Origin: Macrostomum lignano
Taxonomy: Eukaryota
Assembly: GCA_002269645.1 (NCBI GenBank)
Contig: NIVC01000129.1
Location: 232,755-296,754, forward strand
Direction of reading: 5' to 3'
DNA length: 64,000 nt
The notes under the pieces are model-generated. The model did not search any database. It was not told the origin of the DNA and worked only from the letters and a program-made list of their open reading frames with translations. Within the stretch, counting starts at the first letter, position 1, and the number at the start of each line of letters is the position of its first letter. Of the stretch, positions 1 through 11,308 are shown piece by piece. The translations under genes were made by a program, and so were the position numbers.

Positions 1-21
1 CATTCTGAAATTAAATTTTAG

Positions 22-180
22 TTATTCGCGAGGCTGTCAACCTTGGATCTGACTATGCCACTCAAATTTTTCGCGGCTTTGTTGACAGCTTCTTGAATCC
101 TCCATCAGCCACCCTAGATCAGTGGCGCCTGGTGAAACTGGAAATGCTAGAGAATGGCTACTTTGAGGAGGAGTTTTCAG
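22..180 (+). CDS. DUF3715 (TASOR/TEX15-type pseudo-PARP) protein, first visible exon; gene continues upstream of the window
   Basis: ttttag acceptor at 20-21 and cag|gtaaga donor at 181. Reads IREAVNLGSDYATQIFRGFVDSFLNPPSATLDQWRLVKLEMLENGYFEEEFS and joins 2234 in phase 1. Resembles the start of TASOR DUF3715 (..SSYLEP..LVHNELLEKEFTEKRREL). Not in the ORF track. Confidence 0.8.
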
Positions 181-876
181 GTAAGATTTGACATCTCAGC
201 AGCTCCATTCCATCTTGATCCTTGGCCTACTCTTATCCTAAATTTATGAGCCTTTGATCAGCGAGGCTAGATTCGTCTCATTGGTAGTTCCGCTTTTTTA
301 AACTCGGGTTTACAAGTCTACATATTTTTAAGGAAATATTCGATATGCACTACTAAAAGTATCATGTAGCACAGAAAGTAAACTTGCAAAGTTGCTTATA
401 ACTATATCAATAAATGCCTTTGCGAGGGGACACTTGTGCAACATTATTTTTGTCCTTAAATATCCCAGATTCATATGATCGCATTGTTCTATCCTATTAG
501 CTGTGCGATTTGCTGGTATATTTTGGACACAGTTCAATGTATAATTTATGTAATGCAAAATTAATGGCGATTAATATACAAATGACTGTTAGCAAATGTT
601 TGAATTTGAAACTGTTTAACTTTTGGTTTGAAATAACTGCCTGCTCGTCAACTTGCGCAAAGCTGCTCAGATCTTCCCCTGTCCAGGAGGAATTTTCTTT
701 GCTTTCTTAGCTTGCGCAAGGGCTTGGGTGTGGCTAGATTAATAACTTTGTTATGGGGGCATTTCGTTACATTGTGAGCAAATTTTTGGCTTAGAATTTG
801 CTAATTGGTCATTTTTGCAACTGGAGTGTCCGAACATGCTGTTATTATGATTTTTACACATTGCTTCTACGGTTTT

Positions 877-1700
877 ATCTGCCTCTCCTCTCCCCCTCTG
901 TCCTTGAGAATCTGCCTCTCCACTCCCCCTCTGTCCTTGAGAATCTGCCTCTCCGCCTCCCTCAGTCCTTGAGAATCTGCCTCTCCTCTCCCCCTCAGTC
1001 CTTGAGAATCTGCCTCTCCACTCCCCCTCTGTCCTTGAGAATCTGCCTCTCCGCCTCCCTCAGTCCTTGAGAATCTGCCTCTCCTCTCCCCCTCAGTCCT
1101 TGAGAATCTGCCTCTCCTCTCCCCCTCTGTCCTTGAGAATCTGCCTCTCCGCTCCCTCAGTCCTTGAGAATCTGCCTCTCCTCTCCCCCTCTGTCCTTGA
1201 GAATCTGCCTCTCCTCTCCCCCTCAGTCCTTGAGAATCTGCCTCTCCGCTCCCTCAGTCCTTGAGAATCTGCCTCTCCGCCTCCCTCAGTCCTTGAGAAT
1301 CTGCCTCTCCTCTCCCCCTCAGTCCTTGAGAATCTGCCTCTCCGCCTCCCTCAGTCCTTGAGAATCTGCCTCTCCTCTCCCCCTCAGTCCTTGAGAATCT
1401 GCCTCTCCGCCTCCCTCAGTCCTTGAGAATCTGCCTCTCCTCTCCCCCTCAGTCCTTGAGAATCTGCCTCTCCTCTCCCCCTCAGTCCTTGAGAATCTGC
1501 CTCTCCACTTCCCCTCTGTCCTTGAGAATCTGCCTCTCCACTCCCCCTCTGTCCTTGAGAATCTGCCTCTCAGCTCCCCCTCTGTCCTTGAGAATCTGCC
1601 TCTCAGCTCCCCCTCTGTCCTTGAGAATCTGCCTCTCAGCTCCCCCTCTGTCCTTAAGAATCTGCCTTTCAGCCCCCCCCCTCTGTCCTTAAGAATCCGC
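877..1700. repeat. Intronic minisatellite, unit about 33 bp (TCCTTGAGAATCTGCCTCTCCTCTCCCCCTCAG)
   Basis: Direct tandem copies inside the 181-2233 intron. Confidence 0.95.
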
Positions 1701-2233
1701 TCTTCCTCTCCGCTCCTGAGGTCGTTGTAATCACTGAATCCTCAAATTAATTCTCAGCCTACTCGTCAACTTGTTAGAAGCACAATCAATTTGCTTTTAA
1801 CAAGGGCTTGGGTAAGGCAAGAGTATGTACCGGATGCTCAGGTCTCGTTTCATCTTAATGTCAAAGATGGATCATTTGGCGTTTGAAAGATAAAATGCAT
1901 CTTTCAAATTTGAGCCAAGGCCTCTTGCATCCGTACAACAAATAGTTTTTGTATCAATTTTTCTTGGAATTGTGCCCTCATTAAGTGCTTCATTCACTCA
2001 TTAAACGAAATATCAAGGGTCTATGCCGCCTTTACCCAGTCAAATAAGACATCAAAGGGTTTTGCCGCTATTTTGCGACTTTTTTTTCCAATAAAATAAA
2101 GACATCAAAGGGTTATGCCGCTATTTTGCGACGCCTTTTCCCAATAAAATAAAGACATCCAAGGGTTACGTCTCCTTTTTTTAAACTAGCCAAACATCCA
2201 TTTGTCTTGCCTCTTGCCACTATTTTTCACCAG

Positions 2234-2637
2234 AGAGGCGGGCCGAGTTCTCGCGCCAAGGCCTGGCTCAGGACGAGCTGTCCACTCACTATGGCTTCCT
2301 GGCCGCGGCTAGCGAAGAGCTGGTCGATCTAACGCTACGAGAAGGCCTCAAAGTTCGCTTCTGTCCAATTAACTCGCTTGGCTACTGCATTTCCGGTGTT
2401 CACCTGTGCGTACACGGCGACGTCTGTCTGCAGGAGGCGGCGCTGGAGACTGGAGACGATGGCGAGCAAATTGTACTGGTTGCGTTCAAGTTCATGTTTG
2501 GCAGGACCCGGCGAGTGACCCCCGTCACGCCTAAGGATATGGCTATTATAGCGCCTAGTCCTGGGTTCAACTGCCACATTCCCGATGTCAGGCCTGGCAG
2601 GACCGACTCTTTGTCTGACCAATACCTCAGATCATTG
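2234..2637 (+). CDS. DUF3715 protein, core-domain exon
   Basis: ttttcaccag acceptor and ttg|gtgagt donor. Reads ERRAEFSRQGLAQDELSTHYGFL..GLKV..GVHLCVHGDVCL..VAFKFMFGRTRRV..IAPSPGFNCHIP, colinear with recalled TASOR motifs (ELSESYAFL, GVYLSRYADLL, VIFKIMKGK, LDPTPKHECHVS). Confidence 0.85.
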
Positions 2638-2652
2638 GTGAGTTCTGCAGTG

Positions 2653-2998
2653 TCAGTCAGTAGGTGTCTCAGGCCATCATATCTGTGTGTCAGTCAGTAG
2701 GTGCCTCAGGCCATCATATCTGTGTGTCAGTCAGTAGGTGCCTCAGACCATCATATCTGTGTGTCAGTCAGTACAGTAGGTGCCTCAGACCATCATATCT
2801 GTGTGTCAGTCAGTAGGTGCCTCAGACCATCATATCTGTGTGTCAGTTAGTAGGTGCCTCAGGCCATCATATCTGTGTGTCAGTCAGTAGGTGCCTCAGG
2901 CCATCATATCTGTGTGTCAGTCAGTAGGTGTCTCAGGCCATCATATCTGTGTGTCAGTCAGTAGGTGCCTCAGGCCATCATGTCTGTGTGTCAGTCAG
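2653..2998. repeat. Intronic minisatellite, 37-bp unit (GTCAGTCAGTAGGTGCCTCAGGCCATCATATCTGTGT)
   Basis: About 9 tandem copies filling most of the 2638-3023 intron. Confidence 0.95.
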
Positions 2999-3023
2999 CC
3001 CTCATTCCCTTGTCTGTCCGCAG

Positions 3024-3917
3024 GCCTACCTGTACGAGTTCGAGAACTCTTTCTACCACCCGGTGCCCCGGCCCCGCCAGTGCAGCCCCCTGGCCGCTCT
3101 CTACCTGCGTCGCAGGCGCGGCAGCGGAGTTCCACCGAAACCGCCGCAGTTTCTGCCGACCGCCGGTCGCTTTCCCTCCGCGGCTGTCACGGCCTCGTTG
3201 GCCTCGTCTCTGTCCTCTCGGCAGCCGTCAATTCCATCCATGCCTCCGCCAGGCGTGATGATGTCGATGTCGGGTCTGATCTCAGCAGCCAGTAGTCAGG
3301 CTCAAACTGCTGCCGTTATGAGTCAGCAGCCAATGTTGCGGCTCGCCCCGGATGTGGCTAGTGCAGTTGGCAGCGTTCTGTCCGAGCTGCGGCATGCCTC
3401 ATCAACGACCGCCAGTGCGCAGCGGCAGCAGCAGCAGCAGCCTCCGCCTCCGCCTCCGCCGAAACTTGACGGTATTCGCGGCTTTTTAAAGAATGCGTCT
3501 GGCTCTGCTGCAGCAGCAAGCGGCAATGCGAGCGGCAGCAGCACTAGCAATAATAATAAAGTGCAACCGCTGATGCGGCAGCAGACTTCAGCGCCGATTG
3601 CCGCCTCTTCAACGCCTCTGTTAGCAGTTCGGCAAGCGTCGAAGCAGTTGCAGCAGCAGCAGCCGCCACCTCCGCTAGCCGAGCCGCCAAGACGAAACGC
3701 CTTCCTGACTGCTAGTGCAGCCGCCTCCTCCGCCGCTGCCACAACAGCAACTGTCGGTGCCACCAGCGCGGCTAGTTCAACTGGCGGCAATCGGTTTCAT
3801 CCCTACGCCCGGCTGTATACGGCGGCCGCATCGTCCGTGTCTAACAATGGTAGCAGCAATCAGCAAAGCGCGTCAACTGTTGGTCGAAAGTCTGGCTTTG
3901 GAGTCGGTCGAAGATAG
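3024..3917 (+). CDS. DUF3715 protein, terminal exon (domain end plus low-complexity tail)
   Basis: ccgcag acceptor, phase 0. AYLYEFENSFYHPVPRPRQCSPLAAL matches TASOR YYFYEY..RRRPRHVCPYAVV and is followed by an S/A/Q/P-rich tail. Stop at 3915-3917; AATAAA at 4022. Confidence 0.85.
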   Translation, partial: AYLYEFENSFYHPVPRPRQCSPLAALYLRRRRGSGVPPKPPQFLPTAGRFPSAAVTASLASSLSSRQPSIPSMPPPGVMMSMSGLISAASSQAQTAAVMSQQPMLRLAPDVASAVGSVLSELRHASSTTASAQRQQQQQPPPPPPPKLDGIRGFLKNASGSAAAASGNASGSSTSNNNKVQPLMRQQTSAPIAASSTPLLAVRQASKQLQQQQPPPPLAEPPRRNAFLTASAAASSAAATTATVGATSAASSTGGNRFHPYARLYTAAASSVSNNGSSNQQSASTVGRKSGFGVGRR

Positions 3918-4225
3918 TACATAAATTTTTGTAAAAGATTTATAATGACCGAATAGATAGCCAGAGAATAGCATTTAATTGTCGTTGGTTTCATTATGCA
4001 GAACAGTATAGTACAAAATTCAATAAATTATGTACTACAATATTCGTATTCGAGATCTTAAACTAATTGGTCTTGTGGTTATACTGGTGGAATTGTTTAA
4101 AACACGATAGTTTTGTATTCTTTTGATAAAAAATCATGACACCACGTAGTTAAAAATAATTTAAATTTAAAACTGTTATCTGATTAAGGCTTTCCACTTT
4201 TTTACCAAGTAACTTGTCAGTTTGG

Positions 4226-4642
4226 AGCAGGAGTGAGGCTTGTGTCTCAGTGGAGGTTGGGGCAGGAGTGAGGTTGGTGTCTCAGTGGGGGCTGGGGCAG
4301 GAGTGAGGTTGGTGTCTCAGTGCGGGTTGGGGCAGGAGTGAGGCTTGTGTCTCAGTGGGGGCTGGGGCAGGAGTGAGGTTGGTGTCTCAGTGGGGGCTGG
4401 GGCAGGAGTGTGGTTGGTGTCTCAGTGAAGGCTGGGGCAGGAGTGAGGTTGGTGTCTTAGTGGGGGTTGGGGCAGGAGTGAGGTTGGTGTCTCAGTGGAG
4501 GCTGGGGCAGGAGTGAGGTTGGTGTCTTAGTGGGGGTTGGGGCAGGAGTGAGGTTGGTGTCTCAGTGGGGGCTGGGGCAGGAGTGAGGTTGGTGTCTCAG
4601 TGGGGGCTGGGGCAGGAGTGAGGTTGGTGTCTCAGTGGGGGG
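4226..4642. repeat. G-rich 35-bp minisatellite (GGGGCAGGAGTGAGGTTGGTGTCTCAGTGGGGGCT)
   Basis: About 12 tandem copies. Confidence 0.95.
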
Positions 4643-5169
4643 TAGGCATGTGTGATGTTGGAGAAGAAATGCTATGTTAAAAATTGATTGCCACAATTTT
4701 ATCACTGGCTAATCGACAGGCAAGCGTACCTGTTTCTCTTTTAGTTCTGTATATTGCAATTACCTTCTACATATTGCACTATTATCTATGAAATATATCG
4801 TTTTGCTATTCTCAAGCCATTAAGCCATTTATACAATTCCTCATACGAGCTAAAATGCTTTTCGTGTCCTTAAGTCCTGATTTTTTTACCTTTTTAGGAA
4901 TTTTTTCTAATTGGTTCCTGATAATGGGGTCAATAAATGCATATTTGTTGATACAAGTGGGAAGCTTGGCAACGCGTGTTAAATTTTTTGTCGGACGAAT
5001 GCATTAGCGTGAAGTGCCTTCTATAGCTGATTACTTATGTCGTTGAAAACAATGGATCTTGGATTGGCAGTAGCTGAAGCACGCAGGACTGTGGAAACAG
5101 ATGGGATTCAGTGGGCGGAGGAAAATTCCTTGTTTTCACAACTGGGTAATCGCAGAAAGTGTGCGCTGT

Positions 5170-5452
5170 TTAAATTAGGCGCCGCTATCCTAAATTTAGC
5201 GCCGCTGTCCTAAATTAGGTGCAGCTATCCTAAATTAGGCGAAGCTATCCTAAATTTAGCGCCGCTTTCCTAAATTAGGTGCAGATGTTCTTCTAAATTA
5301 GGCGCAGCTATCCTAAATTAGGCGAAGCTATCCTAAATTTAGCGCCGCTGTCCTAAATTAGGTGCAGATGTTCTTCTAAATTAGGCGCAGCTATCCTAAA
5401 TTAGGCGAAGCTATCCTAAATTAGGCGAAGCTATCCTAAATTAGGCGAAGCC
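5170..5452. repeat. About 20-bp minisatellite (TAAATTAGGCGCAGCTATCC)
   Basis: Tandem copies with variants. Confidence 0.9.
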
Positions 5453-5829
5453 TTTTTGAATTAGACGCATCGTCCTGTCTAAAACAAACACTTTAGATTT
5501 AAAGCATTATTCATAACCAAGTTGATGAGCACCGACTCACCGTCAGGCATTTTAAGTGCGAAGTCACACCTAAAGCCTAACAGCCAAGTGACAGGTAAAG
5601 TGTTGACTCAAAACAAATGAAAAGGCTTCGCTTGGCTACCAGCTGCTTTTAGAGAAGTATTTGAGCACTTGTCAATCAGCCATCAGTTCGCTCGTGCGAG
5701 TATTTGCCGGCGTGTAATTCAAGCAGCTGCTGGAATGCGACCCTCTTCAGCTGTGCACCCATTTGCATAGGCCGGACCCTCTCAACGCCCCTGTCTGCAG
5801 AAATTTTTTTCATTCGTCACTATCCACGA

Positions 5830-6138
5830 GCTATCTATCCATTTATCTGTCTATCTCTCTATCTATTTACATGTATATATCTATCCATCCATTTATCTAT
5901 CTATCTTTTCATATATCTGTCCATCTCTCTATCTATTTACATGTATATATCTATCCATCCATTTATCTATCAATCCATCCATTTATCTATCTATCTTTTC
6001 ATATATCTATCCATCTATCTATCCATCCATTTATCTATCTTTTCATATCTATCCATCCATCTATCTATCCATCTATTTATCTATCCATCTGTCTATCTAT
6101 CTATCTATCCTTCCATCCATCTATCTATCCTTCCATCC

Positions 6139-6169
<31 letters not shown>

Positions 6170-6215
6170 CATCTATCTATCTATCTATCTATCTATCCAT
6201 CCATCTATCTATCTA
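5830..6215. repeat. (TCTA/TCCA)n compound microsatellite
   Basis: Seen directly. Confidence 0.95.
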
Positions 6216-6382
6216 TTTGTCAGTCCATCCTGAAGCACAGAACCTGTTTCCCAGTCAGTTAGCCGAGTTAAAGCTTGGCAGGACGGATCTCATTGGTCGT
6301 CTTGCCTAGCATTTTAGCAGCTGGAATCAGTTGGGCTTAAAAAATATTCTGCGAGAAAGAGAATCTCTACTCCAACAGCAGA

Positions 6383-6649
6383 ATGCACCTGATAGCTATT
6401 ATTCTGGCCTACCTGCCGAACTATGTTGTCATGGCAACTGCCAATGGCAACTGCGGTACCGGGTTCGATTCTCGATGGAGTTTTTCCAAACGCCTCATCC
6501 GAGACTGCCTGGCAACCCAGCATCAGCTACGGCTGCCCTGGCCGGGCTGCTTGCATCCCGGAGGTGCCTACGCTGGTGCATCTGAGCAGCATCTGTGGTT
6601 GATGCAGCTCTTCTGCGCCCAGGCCTGCGACGCCCGTCCTGATTGCCAG
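6383..6649 (+). CDS. Secreted PAN/Apple plus C-type-lectin-like protein, exon 1
   Basis: Hydrophobic N-terminus MHLIAIILAYLPNYVVMATA; PAN-type CAQACDARPDCQ motif; cag|gtacac donor, phase 0. Confidence 0.65.
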
Positions 6650-8141
6650 GTACACTGACCACTCACTGTCTGTCATGTTCGATTCAGATTGTTAATTCAA
6701 GAAAATGGGTCTCGGGCTTGCGTAGTCAGGGCTTGCGTGTTGCACTTTTTCAAGACGCGAAAGTCACATCGCCTACAAGATATAAGCATCCACTTTCATT
6801 AAACCTACTAGACTTCATGGCACCTTAACGCCATGTCAACCGTAATAGAAGCGCCCTGTCAACCATAAAAGACGTAAGACCATTTTCGTCTCCGGCGTTA
6901 AAATCAATTCTTTCTGGCTTGGTTAGACTATTGGTAATGGGAGTCCATGAGAATTGCCCGCAGGAGATTTTCCCGCCGACTTTTTCCCGCCAAGATTTTG
7001 TCAGCGTTGCCTTCTAATGCTTATTAAGTCTTAATGAAGAGATTTAGGGAACAAAACGGCATGACATGCATGAACATGAATTAATAGCTCACAGATGTAC
7101 CCATGGCTGTATATAGAAAGGAAAAGCTACAAAAAGAATGTGCATTTAATATGCAGTTACCATCGAAACGTTTTGATAGGGTTTGACTGCGGGCAATTGT
7201 CGGGCTCCCGCAGCGCTCATTAGTCTTCTTCGGCTGGCTTTGACTATCAACTGCCTCGTTTCAGTCTGCCGCCTCGCCTTTGTCTTCCGTATGGAATGGA
7301 TGGCGGCTGCTACAGTTCTGTCACGAGCTGTTGCATTCCATTGTAGGCCTCTATTGTTCTATCTATTTGCTCTATCTGCTTTTTGTGCCACTTTAATACC
7401 TTAATCTGATGGCCTCGCCTCACTTTGCCGCTCCATGCAGGGCTTGGCGTCTTCTATGCGGCCCATTCTGTCGGATCTTAAAGCCCTATAAAAGAATTGC
7501 GCTGTGTCAACCATAAAAGACTCATGGCGGAATCGCTGCTGTGGAACTTGGGGAGAATTGCTGAGATGTCTTATCTGATATCTGATAAGACATTTCAGCT
7601 GATATTTTAGGCTACATACATCATTCTTCTTAAGATAGCTCGTACTAATTAAAAAGAGACTACAAGGTAAAAAACCTGACATTTACGAAGTACTTTATTC
7701 CAAAATAGCTTTTATTTCCTTTTTGCCCCCTCAACGAGGTGCACAGGTTGCTATAGTAACGCATAAACTTCTTAACACCTAAAATTCGCATCGCCTAAAT
7801 TTTTTTATTTAACGCTCTTACTGTTTAGCGGACTTGAAGATTATGCTAAGAAGTTAAGAACTGTCGAGAACCAACACGTCTTATAAGCGTAATATTTGAA
7901 GTCTCGGGTTATAAGGGTGAGATTTTCCATGAAATTTCTGCTTCTCCAAGGTGCGGAATTCCAAAAGTTTTAGCCATTGGTTTCTACATACCCGTATGAA
8001 TTATTTATTCTTAAGCGTTTTCTAAAAGCAAGATTTTATTGGCTTTTTATACGAGAAAACTACGGACTGCATATGATACTCTGTGAAAATGGGCCTGCAA
8101 TTAATTGTTATAATTCTTGGAAAAATATAGCTTTCTGCAGC

Positions 8142-8888
8142 CCATTTGGGCCTACGTGCATTGAACTTAATCCAAGATACGTACGTTTTTCAATGCAACG
8201 GAGCTTTTGTCAATGGCAGCAAGGCTTGGCATAGCAGCATTTAGTTTGGTCCAACAAGCATCAATTTGGTCCAAACGCTCGTGAGCCATTCGGCAAATTC
8301 ATGCCCCTCGCAACCGTCTGCATGCAGGTTGTTGCGTACCGCTGGAATGTCAGCGTCTCTACCCGTCAGTCGCTTTTCCAGAGCTCTGGCTGCCGATAGT
8401 CGAAATTTGATAGCCAACTAGAACTGTTCCTTCAACTTCTGCTGCATTTCTACACCGTCAACAAAGGGTTCGTCTCAACTGCATCGAGTAGCAGTTTGAC
8501 CTGAGGCTCTCGAGCAACTTGCCTTGGCGATTGCCACCCCTTCGCAGGCGATCTCTGCCAGGAGAGTTTCAACGCACTGATGGATGCTGTAAACCATCTT
8601 TTCTTTTACATTCAGCAGCCTTGCAATGCCCTTTGGGTGTTCACTTCTGTCGAGTGCTTCGATCACAAGCCAATGACATTCGTTTGACAGCCTGGCACAT
8701 GGTCCAAAATTCTGGGCTGATCTTACTCCGCAGCAGTTGCAAATGAAGCTATGGACCAAATTGATGCTTGTTGGACCAAGTTGAATGCCTGCTGTGCCAG
8801 CCTTGCTACCATAGCTACCATATCGCTACCAAAAGCTCCATTACATTGGCAAACGTATCTTGAATTAAATGCGCGCAGGCCCAAATGG
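8142..8888 (-). mobile_element. Internally deleted, degenerate Tc1/IS630-type DNA transposon with long imperfect terminal inverted repeats
   Basis: 8142-8273 and 8752-8888 are inverted copies (e.g. GGTCCAACAAGCATCAATTTGGTCCA / TGGACCAAATTGATGCTTGTTGGACC). The minus strand between them encodes a frameshifted HTH region (IEALDRSEHPKGIARLLNVKEKMVYSI..KLLLDAVETNPLLTV). Exact termini and TSD not found. Confidence 0.65.
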
Positions 8889-10421
8889 TTTAACTTCCAT
8901 GGCGAAAGCTTTGATGAGAGAAATTAAACAAGATCATGTTCCTCGGGGAAAATCTGAAGCTGAGTCTGTTTGAACTCTTTACGTGCTCGATATTACTTGG
9001 CCTTTCCAAGTGAATCCCCGTGTAGATGGTGTCTTTCTTAGCGAAACTGGGATTGTACATTCAGAAGGGAGCAGTACATTTCTTGTACATTTCGTTGAAG
9101 ACCAATTTTTGCTGCGAAATTCATCAATTGGATAGTTATTTTAGTACAAAATTACCAATATTGGACATTCGCATTTGTTTTTTTCCAAGGTTGCAACTTA
9201 TAAAATTTGTTTTTTAAACTTTTAACAAATAAATATCTAATCGACCTGTGCAAGTTTCATGAAAATCGATTAAACCGTTTGTTTTAAATCAATAACATGC
9301 CTACTATACTATCTAGATACCTGAGGCAAATCATTTTCAGTATACACTAAATGGACTAGCAATCTACGCCCCCATTGGGGAGGCGACAACGAAAGGAGTA
9401 GTTTTTTCAATAAACTTAATGCAGCTTTTTACCTTGACAGTCGCTATTGCTTATAGTATCTTAGAAAAAAATAAGGAAAAAAGCATCCCCTGAGAGCTTT
9501 TAACGGTAAGCAAAGCCTCTTTATCCGGCCCTCAGATCCTTTGAAATTTCCCGATAACAATTCGGCCCGCTCAAGGTTTGTGTCTCTTCTCCTCTCTCTG
9601 CTATCTTTTCTCTCGTCTCTCATCTTCTCTTCTTTCTTCTCCCCCTTCTGGCCTCTCCTTTCTCCTATTTCGTCTTCTCTCCCCCCCCCTCTGGCCCACA
9701 GTCATTCTCTTTGTTCTTTACCTTGCTCTTAAGGCAAAACATTTGCCGGCCTCTGCTTCAAGTCATGGCATAACCCTATACTCTCTCCCTTTGATGCTTG
9801 GCCTACCAACAATTCTACCAATAATATTGACCCTTGGCATCTCAGCAACCCCCCATGAGCCACAGCATTTCAGGCAACGAATCTATGTAACCAACGAAGG
9901 CGTCGATTTAATCAGGCTTAAAATAGGCTGACGGGTGAATAACGAATTAGCCATGCAAATACGGTTGACAATTTAACAGACGACTACGATACTTTTAATG
10001 TCAATATAAGATCCATCCACCATTTTGCAGCGTTCACAAAAACTGAACACACTGGGAAAAACCCCGTCTGGTTTCATGCTGAATATCAGGGTCTGCGCAG
10101 TTGCTAAGATAATTTGTTTACAAACTCATACAAACTCTCGACAGTGTAAAGAGCTGCTACATGCATAGATTTCTTGTTTGAGTTTCACAATCGGATTGAA
10201 TTTCGCTCAAATAATAAAGACTCAGATTCTACAAAGTAAATTTAGAGAGTGGAATTTGACAATGCAGTCGAGAAGCCTCATCTAAAAAGTACACTAAAGA
10301 CACAGACCAACTGCGAAATTTTGCCGGAACTTTGCTTGACCTTGCCGGTTTTCAGTTAGACTGTAGCTTCATTCTATAACGTTTTTTTTTCAATCACTGG
10401 CCCATCGTGCTCACCACGCAG

Positions 10422-10877
10422 GGCTTCATTGCTGAGCTCCAGCTGCTCTCCTGCCGCCTGCTGCAGTTCAATGCATGCAGCCAGCCACCTTGGCTGACCA
10501 TGACTCCGGACAGGTGCGCTGCACACGCTGCCATTGTAACCGCCTACATTCGACCGGACCTTTGCCTCGGCTTCCGGTTTGTGCAGCCGGCCTCTGGCAA
10601 CTCTGACAATGCCATGGTGTACCTGCGCACCGAGGCGACTGGCAGCTTTGAGGAGCAGCAGGCCGCCTGCGCCTCTCTGGGATCGGCTGGCCTCAGCAGG
10701 CTGGCCCAGATTGACGGACCGCGGCCTCAGGAAGCCCTGGCTGACGCTCTGCGCTCGGTCGGCGCTCTGACTCCGGAAAGCAATTCGACCTCGATTGTGG
10801 CCGCCGAGGAGCTCTGGGTGGCTGCCAGGAAGAATGCCACGGGAACCGCCTGGGTGTGGGCCTCGTGCGGTGGAAAG
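10422..10877 (+). CDS. PAN/CTL protein, exon 2
   Basis: cacgcag acceptor after a poly-T tract. GFIAELQLLSCRLL completes the PAN C..GF..C.L pattern. SFEEQQAACASLG..RLAQID..LWVAARK..WVW is CTL-like. aag|gtgagt donor. Confidence 0.7.
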
Positions 10878-10981
10878 GTGAGTTCTCACGTTCATGAGTT
10901 TGTGATTGAGTTCATGATTCAATAAGCTGATAGGTGAGCAAGTTACATGTGTACACCGCACCGCACCCTGCCCGCACTCAG

Positions 10982-11082
10982 GTGAACTCCACTCTGTGGA
11001 TCTCTGATGAGCCGAACAACTCCGGGTATGCGGCCAGACTGAAGCTCAGAGGTCTGGCTGATTGGAAGGCCGGCGCCAAGCT

Positions 11083-11179
<97 letters not shown>

Positions 11180-11188
11180 GAGACACTA

Positions 11189-11261
<73 letters not shown>

Positions 11262-11308
11262 CTAAGACAGACAGACAGACATTGTTTCTTCATCCATCAA
11301 AAAATTGA
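10982..11308 (+). CDS. PAN/CTL protein, exon 3 (3' end uncertain; runs into a (GACA)n tract)
   Basis: cactcag acceptor, phase 0. [13 protein letters not shown] carries the CTL W..EPN motif; the frame stays open through the microsatellite to a stop at 11306-11308. Confidence 0.55.
11083..11281. repeat. (GACA)n microsatellite
   Basis: Seen directly. Confidence 0.98.

Noticed and set aside
6939-7209. Small MITE with GGGAG..AATTGCCCGCAG inverted ends
   Set aside because: The inverted match is short and imperfect, there is no TSD, and only one copy is in the window.
9792-9931. Short hydrophobic ORF (MLGLPTILPIILTLGISA..)
   Set aside because: Too short, no splice partner, and adjacent to low-complexity CT sequence.
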